Below, piece after piece: positions 1 to 6,358 of a stretch of DNA of 58,963 nt (the stretch's first letter is position 1; every line of letters starts with the position of its first letter). Origin of the DNA: Candidatus Limnocylindria bacterium (lineage in GTDB: Bacteria > Chloroflexota > Limnocylindria > QHBO01); assembly GCA_038253355.1 (NCBI GenBank), contig JBBSHF010000002.1, positions 1-58,963 on the forward strand, in the 5' to 3' direction. A program made the position numbers and the translations under genes. Below the pieces are notes generated by a model, which saw nothing but the letters and a program-made list of their open reading frames with translations, was not told the origin of the DNA and searched no databases.

Positions 1-1
1 C

Positions 2-109
2 TTCAACCGCTTCGACCCGACCTCGCCGTTCGGCGGCTACAAGGAGTCCGGGTACGGCCGCGAGGGCGGGCTGCACGGCCTGGCCGCCTACCTGAAGCTC
101 GACGCATGA
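2..109 (+). CDS. aldehyde dehydrogenase family protein, C-terminal end (partial, begins upstream of window)
   Basis: Frame 2 reads FNRFDPTSPFGGYKESGYGREGGLHGLAAYLKLDA-stop, a typical ALDH C-terminus. Its stop TGA 107-109 overlaps the next ATG (ATGA). Confidence 0.75.
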   Translation, partial: FNRFDPTSPFGGYKESGYGREGGLHGLAAYLKLDA

Positions 110-1080
110 GCCCGCGCACCGTTGCGAAGTCGAGCTCGCGCGCATCGGTCCTCAAGGAGACAGCGCAAGCTCCGCTGGCCACTACCGCGAACGGCACGTC
201 GGCGGAGCGGATCGGCGTCCGCAAGACGTACAAGCTGTACATCGGTGGTGCGTTTCCGCGGACCGAGTCGGGGCGTGCCTACGAGGTCTTCGACGCACAT
301 GGTCGGCTGCTGGCCAACGCGTGCCGCGGTACGCGCAAGGACATCCGCGAGGCGGTGCGCGCGGCACGCAGGGCGTTTCCCGGGTGGGCGGCCCGGACCG
401 CGTACAACCGATCGCAGATCCTGTATCGCATCGCCGAGCTGATGGAGGGGAGGCGCGACCAGTTCAGCGCCGAGGTCCAGGCGGCCCAGGGGGTGGGGCA
501 CCGACGGGCGCTTCGCGAGGTGGATACCGCCATCGACCGATGGGTCTGGTACGCCGGCTGGGCCGACAAGTTCACCCAGGTCGTCGGATCGGTCAACCCG
601 GTCAACGGCCCGTACTTCAACTTCACGGTGCCGGAGCCGACCGGGGTGGTCGGCCTGGTCGCTCCCGAGGAGTCGTCGCTGCTCGGATTGGTCAGCCGCC
701 TGGCGCCGGTGATCGTTTCCGGGAACGCAGCGGTGGTCGTGGCAAGCGAGACGCGGCCATTGCCGGCTGTGACGCTGACCGAGGTGCTGGCCACCTCCGA
801 CGTCCCGGGCGGTGTGGTGAACGTGGTCACCGGGCTGCGGCGAGAGCTGGTTCCCACGCTCGCCGGCCACATGGACGTGAATGCGCTCGATGCCTTTGGC
901 CTGACGCCCTCCGACGCTGCCGCCGTCGAGGAGACCGCCGTCGAGAACGTCAAGCGCCTCATCCGTCCGCCGGCGGACGGGCTCGACCGCTACGACTGGT
1001 TCGGCGAGCGTGCGCAGTCGCCGTACCTGATCGGTGAGTTCGTCGAGACCAAAACGGTCTGGCATCCCATCGGGAGCTAG
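106..1080 (+). CDS. aldehyde dehydrogenase-like protein, short form lacking the catalytic Cys region
   Basis: The 324-aa ORF has an ALDH N-terminal/NAD-binding signature (KLYIGG, RKDIREAVRAARRAFPGW, EPTGVVGLVAPEESSL, GVVNVVTG). It has only one Cys (ANACRG) and no ELGGK/catalytic-Cys block. It is ATGA-coupled to the upstream ALDH. Confidence 0.75.
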   Translation: MSPRTVAKSSSRASVLKETAQAPLATTANGTSAERIGVRKTYKLYIGGAFPRTESGRAYEVFDAHGRLLANACRGTRKDIREAVRAARRAFPGWAARTAYNRSQILYRIAELMEGRRDQFSAEVQAAQGVGHRRALREVDTAIDRWVWYAGWADKFTQVVGSVNPVNGPYFNFTVPEPTGVVGLVAPEESSLLGLVSRLAPVIVSGNAAVVVASETRPLPAVTLTEVLATSDVPGGVVNVVTGLRRELVPTLAGHMDVNALDAFGLTPSDAAAVEETAVENVKRLIRPPADGLDRYDWFGERAQSPYLIGEFVETKTVWHPIGS

Positions 1081-1084
1081 ACAA

Positions 1085-1200
1085 CCGCTTCGCCCGGCCG
1101 CTTCGCCGCTTCGCCGCTTCGCCGCTTCGTCCCTTCGTCCCTTTCGTCCCTTTCGTCCCTTCGTCCCTTTCGCCGCTTCGCCGCTTCGCCCCTTTCGTCC
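1085..1200. repeat. tandem 8-9 nt minisatellite (CCGCTTCG and TCCCTTTCG units, about 14 copies)
   Basis: Direct reading gives ccgcttcg x5 (the first separated from the rest by cccgg), then tccc(t)ttcg x5, then ccgcttcg x2 and a final cccctttcg. It starts 5 nt after the ALDH-like stop. Confidence 0.9.
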
Positions 1201-1208
1201 TGCGCTGG

Positions 1209-1455
1209 TCCGTCATTCATCTGGGAATGTGCGCGGACCAGGCCAGCGGCAGCATCGGTTTCTGATTCACGTGGGAATGTGCGTGGACCGGGCCGGCGGC
1301 AGCATCGGTCCGTCATTCACCTGGGAATGTGCGCCGACCAGAGCCCGTGCTCACGTCAGTCCAGACGGCTTCTGTGAATGAGAGCTGGCGGGCAGCGGCT
1401 GGGAGCTGGCGAGCACCAGCCCCGACGTCCAGTCACATTCTTCAGTGAATGACGG
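1209..1455. repeat. structured repeat module, copy A (three ~50-nt subunits plus tail; 1264-1451 aligns with copy B)
   Basis: CATTC-N6-GAATG boxes at 1214-1229, 1264-1279 (one arm degenerate), 1314-1329 and 1436-1451. A GGACCG..CGGTCC hairpin follows the second box; the first subunit's hairpin is degenerate. Offset to copy B is a constant 941 nt. Confidence 0.9.
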
Positions 1456-1469
1456 GGACGAGATCCAAG

Positions 1470-2156
1470 CTACTGGCGACCTCGTGCCCGGATCCACAAG
1501 AGCCCGTCGCGGTCCACTGGTCGCCCCTGGCGGATAGCGGCCAGCACATCACGGGAAGACGCGGGCAACGCCGCCTTGATGAGCATGAGGTGAGCGGCAA
1601 CCGCCGTCCGGTTTCGCTCGGTGTCACGGAGGCCCATCACGAATGCCACCGACCGTTCGTGTCGTTGCTGGAGACCGTCGCGCTTCAGGTGACCGCGGCG
1701 CAGCTGGGCCTGGAAGTCAGAGAGCGCCGACTCGAGCTCAATGTGCACTCCTGCCTCGGACAGGAGGAAGAGCATGTCGGCGGCCTGGTTGCCGTCGTCG
1801 CCGGTCGGCGCTTCGAGAACGATTCTCCACGATGGGTGTGCCAGCGCTCGAATCGCCTCGGCCATGGGTAGCTGGCCGCTGTCCCGCAGCCCGACGCCCG
1901 TACCTGGGTATGCCCGCAGCGGCAGGTCGCTGCCGAGTGCCGCGAAGATGCGGACGACGATCGAGATCGACCCGCGGACGTCTCCGGCCTCCAGCCGTGC
2001 GACCGACGCCTGCGATACGCCAGCGCGGCGGCCGAGCAGCGCCTGCGTCCAGCTAAGCCCGATGCGGAGGCTCTTCGCTTCCACACCGAGCCGCTGCATC
2101 TGTTGATGGAGCTTGCTGAGTGCGGCATCGACCGGGCGTGTACGAGGAGAACCCAT
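1470..2156 (-). CDS. XRE-family helix-turn-helix protein with C-terminal PD-(D/E)xK-like domain
   Basis: The N-terminus LSWTQALLGRRAGVSQASVARLEAGDVRGSISIVVRIFAALG is a classic HTH_3. The C-terminal half carries ADMLFLL..(9 aa)..HIELES, a D..ExE nuclease-like signature. GC3-rich codons support this strand. Confidence 0.7.
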   Translation of the reverse strand: MGSPRTRPVDAALSKLHQQMQRLGVEAKSLRIGLSWTQALLGRRAGVSQASVARLEAGDVRGSISIVVRIFAALGSDLPLRAYPGTGVGLRDSGQLPMAEAIRALAHPSWRIVLEAPTGDDGNQAADMLFLLSEAGVHIELESALSDFQAQLRRGHLKRDGLQQRHERSVAFVMGLRDTERNRTAVAAHLMLIKAALPASSRDVLAAIRQGRPVDRDGLLWIRARGRQ

Positions 2157-2177
2157 GCTGGTGATGGTTGCACGCGA

Positions 2178-2196
2178 CCGATTACTGGCCGATTAC
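2178..2196. promoter_or_regulatory. direct repeat CCGATTAC-tgg-CCGATTAC upstream of the XRE gene start
   Basis: Two identical 8-mers with 11-nt periodicity lie 22-40 nt upstream of the ATG at 2156 (minus strand). Confidence 0.35.
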
Positions 2197-2202
2197 GTCG
2201 CG

Positions 2203-2393
2203 CTTACTCACCTGGGAATGTGCGCGGACCGGGCCAGCGGTAGCATCGGTCCGTCATTCACCTGAGAATGTGCGCCGACCAGAGCCCGTGCTCACGTCAG
2301 TCCAGACGGCTTCTGTGAATGAGAGCTGGCGGGCAGCGGCTGGGAGCTGGCGGTCACCGGCCGTGACGTCCACTCACATTCTTCAGTGAATCG
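2203..2393. repeat. structured repeat module, copy B (direct repeat of 1261-1453)
   Basis: By eye there are about 14 mismatches over ~188 nt versus copy A, including an ~83-nt identical core. Boxes lie at 2205-2220, 2255-2270 and 2377-2392. The copy ends 4 nt before the NRAMP-related stop codon. Confidence 0.9.
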
Positions 2394-2396
2394 GCG

Positions 2397-3716
2397 TCAA
2401 TGGACAAGGCCGAGCCAGCCGGCGATCGTCGAGCCGAAGAGCACCAGGGTCAGCAGCGTGATCAGCCCGGTGAGGCCCCAGGCGACCACGTTCAGCCACA
2501 GCGGGTTCACGTGGCGGCCCATGATCCGCGGATTGTTCACCAGGCGCAGCATGAAGATCAGGATGATCGGCAGCAGGATGCCGTTGAGGTTCTGGCTGAC
2601 CAGGATCAGGGCACCCAGCGGCATGCCGGGGAGCAATACCACCACCGCTCCGATCACGATCAGGGCGGTGTACAGGCCCATGAAGACGGGCGCCTCGCTG
2701 AAGCGCCGCGACACGCCCGACTCCCAGCCGAAGGACTCGCACACGGTGTAGCTGGTGGTCAGCGGCATGACGGTCGCAGCCAGGACCGATGCACCGAACA
2801 GCCCCAGCGCGAACAGCAGCTCGGCGAAGCGGCCGGCCACCGGCGCCAATGCGCGGGCCGCATCCTGCGCGCCGTTGCGGAGTTCGACGCCGGTGCCGAA
2901 CAGGGTGGCCGCCGTGACGATCACGATGAACAGGGCGATGACGTTGGTCCAGACCGCCCCGAGCACCGCATCGCCGCGTTCGTAGGTGAGCTCCTCGGGC
3001 CCCAGTCCCTTATCGGCGACCGAGGATTGCAGGTAGAAGAACATGTAGGGGGTCACCGTGGTGCCCACGGTCGCGACCATCAGTAGCAGCACGCCAGGCT
3101 CGAACGAGACCGATGGAGTGACCAGCCCGTGTCCCACATCGGCCCAGTTGGGTCCTGCCATGAACGCGCTGACGATGTAGGCGACGAAGACGACCGCGAC
3201 CGACAGAAAGACGCGCTCCACCACTCGATAGCTGGCGAAGACGACCAGCGCCCAGATGCCCGCCGCCACGACCGGCACGCTGATCCAGCGCGGGATATGG
3301 AAGATCTCGAGTGCCGCGGCGGCGCCGGCAAACTCGGCGGCGATGTTCGAGCCGTTGGCGATCAGCAGCACGACCATGGCGAACAGGGTCCAGCGGATGC
3401 CGAAGTCGTCACGGATCAGGTCGCCCAGGCCCTGCCCCGAGATGGCGCCCATGCGCGCCGCCATCTCGAGCACCACGATCAGCATGATGGTCGTGATCGG
3501 CAGGATCCAGAGCATGCTGAAGCCTGTCTTCGCGCCGAGCACGCTGTAGGTGAAGATGCCGCCAGCGTCGTTGCCGGCGAGCCCGGCGATCAGCCCCGGG
3601 CCGAGCACGCCAAGGAAGGCCAGGACGCCCGACCGATGGACGCGGAAGTTCGGCAGCCGCTCGCGCACCGAACGCTGTGCGCGCCGGATCGGGCGCGGCA
3701 GCGCCAGGCGGCTCAC
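2397..3716 (-). CDS. NRAMP-related divalent cation transporter (non-canonical metal site, NRMT-like)
   Basis: A 439-aa polytopic protein with NRAMP architecture. The TM1 motif is NDAGG (3558-3572) instead of DPGN. TM6 is GTTVTPY (3045-3065) instead of A..MPH. Confidence 0.8.
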   Translation of the reverse strand: MSRLALPRPIRRAQRSVRERLPNFRVHRSGVLAFLGVLGPGLIAGLAGNDAGGIFTYSVLGAKTGFSMLWILPITTIMLIVVLEMAARMGAISGQGLGDLIRDDFGIRWTLFAMVVLLIANGSNIAAEFAGAAAALEIFHIPRWISVPVVAAGIWALVVFASYRVVERVFLSVAVVFVAYIVSAFMAGPNWADVGHGLVTPSVSFEPGVLLLMVATVGTTVTPYMFFYLQSSVADKGLGPEELTYERGDAVLGAVWTNVIALFIVIVTAATLFGTGVELRNGAQDAARALAPVAGRFAELLFALGLFGASVLAATVMPLTTSYTVCESFGWESGVSRRFSEAPVFMGLYTALIVIGAVVVLLPGMPLGALILVSQNLNGILLPIILIFMLRLVNNPRIMGRHVNPLWLNVVAWGLTGLITLLTLVLFGSTIAGWLGLVH

Positions 3717-4981
3717 CGCTCGTCCGCCGGCTCGAAGATCTCCGGCAGCCGCTTGCGCCAGCCCTCGCCGAGCGCGCGCTCGAAGGCATCGTCGACGGTC
3801 ACCATGCCCAGCATGCGGCCCTCGTCGTCGACGACCGGCAGGGCCAGCAGGTTGTAGCGGGCGATCGCCGCGCCAACCTGCTCGGCATCCAGGCCCACCT
3901 CGACCGAGATCGGTTCATGACGCATGAACTCGCTGACCGGCGTCTCGGGCCGAGCCACGACCAGCCCGCGCAGGGTCACGGTGCCTTCAAGATGCCCGTC
4001 GGCATCGGTCACGTACAGGTAGTAGGCGCGGTCGGCGGGCGGGGCGAGTGCGCGCAGGCGGTCGATCACCTGCTGCGCCGTCTGGTTGGGCGCGATGGTG
4101 ATGAAGTCGGTCGTCATCAGGCCGCCCGCGGTCTCCTCGCCATAGGCGAGCAGCTCGCGCACCTCATCCGCCTCGGCGGGCTGCATCAGGCTGAGCAGCT
4201 CGGCCTGGCGCTCCTGCGAGAGGTCGGCCATCAGGTCAGCGGCCTCGTCCGGGCCCATCTCCTCCAGGATGTCGGCGGCGCGCTCGGGTGGCAGCGCCTC
4301 GAGCACGTCGACCTGGTCTTCGGCGTCGAGCTCCTCCATGACGTCCGCGGCCCGTTCGTCGTCGAGCGAGGCCAGGATGCCGGTCCGATCCCGCGGAGCG
4401 AGCTGCTCGACGATGTGCGCTACATCGGCGGGATGCAGCGTGGAGAGCGCCTGGTGTGGCACGCGCAGCTTCAGTGAGCTGACGCTCGATTCGACCGGGT
4501 CGACGTCCTCCCACTCGATGTAGTTCTCGACCTCGAGGCGAAGGGCGCGGGCCAGCCGCTCGCCGGTGCCCGACAGGCCGAGCCGCCGCAGGATCCCGGC
4601 AAGACCCACGTCCACCGCCACCAGCCGGATGCGACCGTGCACCGGGGCGAGCTGGATGTCGTTGACGCGCACGATCTTGCGCCCCTCGACGTCAACGATC
4701 TGCTTGTCCTGCAGGTCGAGCCACAGGCGGATCTCGTTGGGACGCCGGCGGAACGAGGTGATATTGATGCTTGAGGTGCGCAGGCGCGCGCCGGAGGTGT
4801 CGATCTCGCTGACGTCGGACCAGGGCAGGAAGATGTCACGTCCGCCGGCGACGCGCACCACCAGGCCGGTGACCGGCGGGTACTGCTCGCCGAGCGCCAC
4901 GATCAGGTCGCGCACCTTGCCGAACGGCTCGCCGTGACGGTCGAGCACCGGCTTGCCGATGATCTGGCTCAGAAAGAGCAT
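3713..4981 (-). CDS. soluble PRC-barrel / MgtE_N / CBS-pair protein (MgtE cytoplasmic module without membrane domain)
   Basis: N-terminal PRC-barrel-like repeats (GKPVLDRHGEPFGKVRDL; IVDVEGRKIVRVNDI). Acidic MgtE_N helices (DDERAADVMEELDAEDQVDVLEALPPERAADILEEMGPDEAADLM) and a CBS pair follow. Start chosen at the ATG with GAGGTGG 7 nt upstream. The stop overlaps the transporter start by 4 nt. Confidence 0.8.
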   Translation of the reverse strand: MLFLSQIIGKPVLDRHGEPFGKVRDLIVALGEQYPPVTGLVVRVAGGRDIFLPWSDVSEIDTSGARLRTSSINITSFRRRPNEIRLWLDLQDKQIVDVEGRKIVRVNDIQLAPVHGRIRLVAVDVGLAGILRRLGLSGTGERLARALRLEVENYIEWEDVDPVESSVSSLKLRVPHQALSTLHPADVAHIVEQLAPRDRTGILASLDDERAADVMEELDAEDQVDVLEALPPERAADILEEMGPDEAADLMADLSQERQAELLSLMQPAEADEVRELLAYGEETAGGLMTTDFITIAPNQTAQQVIDRLRALAPPADRAYYLYVTDADGHLEGTVTLRGLVVARPETPVSEFMRHEPISVEVGLDAEQVGAAIARYNLLALPVVDDEGRMLGMVTVDDAFERALGEGWRKRLPEIFEPADER

Positions 4982-5216
4982 GAAATGACCACCTCGCTCT
5001 CGAAGGGTGCTGCGCACGCCAGCGGGTGGTCTCGGGTGACATCGCGGGGTTCCTGCGACACGTCATTGCTCGACGCTAAGCGATCACCTCGCGCACCCAC
5101 CATTCGCCACGGGCGCGGTCATTGCGTGTACTGGGTCCGGCGTCCACGTTGGTCGCGTGTTGCCTCGTTGCGTGATTGGTTGGCCGCGAATTGCCGCGAG
5201 TGACGGCCGCGGGCAC

Positions 5217-5222
5217 ATTCTA
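5217..5222 (-). promoter_or_regulatory. candidate -10 box TAGAAT for the MgtE_N-CBS/NRAMP-related operon
   Basis: The minus strand reads gcgcTAGAATgtgccc. It would give a ~230-nt leader to the ATG at 4981. Confidence 0.3.
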
Positions 5223-5254
5223 GCGCCGCAAGTCATTCTCCGGCGAGCCCGCCG

Positions 5255-5884
5255 CTACGCGCCCGCGACATCGGCCCTGGTTCGGGCGCGATGCCGCGCC
5301 ACCTTGGCCTGGTTGCCGCAGGTCCGCATGTCGCACCAGCGGCGCCGGCCCGCGGGGGATCGGTCCACGAAAAGGTAGCGGCAGCCGGGATTCGCGCAGA
5401 CGCGCAGGCGCTTGGCGGCGTCATCGGCCAGGAAGTGGGCGAGTGAGCTGGCGATGGTGGCGCGAGCCTGGTCCAGGCGGTCGCCCACCTGGGTGAAGGC
5501 GTAGCGAGTGCCGTCGGGGTCGAAGCGCAGCTGGTGGTAGTGCAGGCCGTGACGCAGGATGTGATTGAGGTCGCGCAGCTGCGTCTTGCTTGGCTGTCTG
5601 CCGTCGCTGACCCTGCCGGCGATCTCATGCAGCACGCTCCGCAGATGTGCGAAGCGTTCCAGGCGCCGCGTCGCCTCGAGTGACTCCCGGCGCAGCCGTC
5701 CGCCCTCGGCTGCGCGGGCGCGATCGCTGATCAGGTCGTGGTCGCGCAGCCAACCGAGCAGCGCATCAGTGTCGGGCAGCTCATCGACTGGCTCGCCACG
5801 TTCGTATTCGAGCGTGTTCGCAAAGTCGACGAACAGGTCGCAGCGCTGATCGGGCTCCGGCATGGTGTCGTGGTTCAGGCTCAT
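5255..5884 (-). CDS. CGNR zinc-finger (ABATE domain) protein
   Basis: The C-terminus CANPGCRYLFVDRSPAGRRRWCDMRTCGNQAKVARHRAR is the CGNR zinc-finger signature. Start set at MSLNHD; the upstream 112 codons of the ORF look non-coding. Confidence 0.8.
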   Translation of the reverse strand: MSLNHDTMPEPDQRCDLFVDFANTLEYERGEPVDELPDTDALLGWLRDHDLISDRARAAEGGRLRRESLEATRRLERFAHLRSVLHEIAGRVSDGRQPSKTQLRDLNHILRHGLHYHQLRFDPDGTRYAFTQVGDRLDQARATIASSLAHFLADDAAKRLRVCANPGCRYLFVDRSPAGRRRWCDMRTCGNQAKVARHRARTRADVAGA

Positions 5885-5887
5885 CAG

Positions 5888-5971
5888 GTAACCATTATAT
5901 GCCGCTTGACAAGTTACGCCGGTTGCCGTACCTTTTTTCATGTAACCGCTTAGGCGGATGGCACAAGTTAC
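5888..5971. promoter_or_regulatory. two tandem GTAAC-N20-GTTAC inverted repeats (54-nt period) in the divergent CGNR / small-ORF promoter region
   Basis: GTAAC 5888-5892 pairs with GTTAC 5913-5917, and GTAAC 5942-5946 with GTTAC 5967-5971. Both right arms are ACAAGTTAC. TTGACA at 5906-5911; minus-strand TATAAT at 5894-5899, 9 nt before the CGNR ATG. Confidence 0.5.
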
Positions 5972-5996
5972 AATTTCCAGCGAGGAGGACGATTCC

Positions 5997-6107
5997 ATGG
6001 CAGTGCTGCTGATCTTGGCGATCATCCTGGTGATTGACGTCGCCGCCGTGCTGCACGGGGTCGACAGCCGACCTGGAATCGCTGAAACGCCGCGTTCCAA
6101 CATCTGA
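5997..6107 (+). CDS. small hydrophobic peptide (36 aa), hypothetical
   Basis: MAVLLILAIILVIDVAAVLHGVDSRPGIAETPRSNI, with a strong GAGGAGGA 7 nt upstream. One predicted TM helix. Not in the supplied ORF track because it is too short. Confidence 0.4.
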   Translation: MAVLLILAIILVIDVAAVLHGVDSRPGIAETPRSNI

Positions 6108-6129
6108 CCGATATTCCAAGGGGGCATGC

Positions 6130-6285
6130 ATGACCAGCTACTGGGCGTTGCAGGCCGAGCTGCGCCAGCAGGAGCTGCTGGACGACGCGCAACGGCGCCG
6201 AGTCTCAAGCTCTCCGACACGTCGCCGCGGGGCGAGAATCTTCAATCTGACCCTGCCGCGGTTCCGTCGCAGCTCGAACCGCTGA
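6130..6285 (+). CDS. small basic hypothetical protein (51 aa)
   Basis: An internal ATG of ORF 6034..6285 gives MTSYWALQAELRQQELLDDAQRRR... with GGGGG upstream. Weak support. Confidence 0.3.
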   Translation: MTSYWALQAELRQQELLDDAQRRRVSSSPTRRRGARIFNLTLPRFRRSSNR

Positions 6286-6337
6286 CCAACATCTCGAGAT
6301 AGACCGATGCGGCCCGCTCCACGGAGTGGGCCGTTTG

Positions 6338-6353
6338 GCATTCTTTAGAATGC
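6338..6353. promoter_or_regulatory. perfect 16-bp palindrome GCATTC-TTTA-GAATGC overlapping a TAGAAT -10 box upstream of polX
   Basis: Read directly. TAGAAT at 6346-6351 lies 7 nt before the ATG at 6359. An outer GGCATTC (6337-6343) pairs with GAATGCC (6357-6363). Confidence 0.45.
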
Positions 6354-6358
6354 AGGGA

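Noticed and set aside
1209-1330. Possible CRISPR array, suggested by the ~50-nt periodic repeats with palindromic cores
   Set aside because: The units are directly adjacent with no unique spacers. There are only 2-3 units, no cas genes are present, and the same module recurs as a flank at 2203-2393.
1085-2396. Retron, integron cassette or IS element around the XRE gene
   Set aside because: No reverse transcriptase, integrase or transposase ORF lies in or near the region. Mobility therefore remains only a hypothesis, reported as a repeat-flanked cassette.
5210-5250. AGAATG / AGAATGTG half-sites resembling the XRE-cassette box arms, downstream of the CGNR stop
   Set aside because: Only direct half-sites occur, with no palindrome. 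The match is short enough to be chance, and one copy is simply the TAGAAT -10 candidate.
5885-6220. N-terminal 112-codon extension of the CGNR ORF (5255..6220)
   Set aside because: The extension runs through the AT-richer promoter region and the palindromes, has an implausible composition, and overlaps the well-supported small plus-strand ORF. The family-typical N-terminus begins at MSLNHD.
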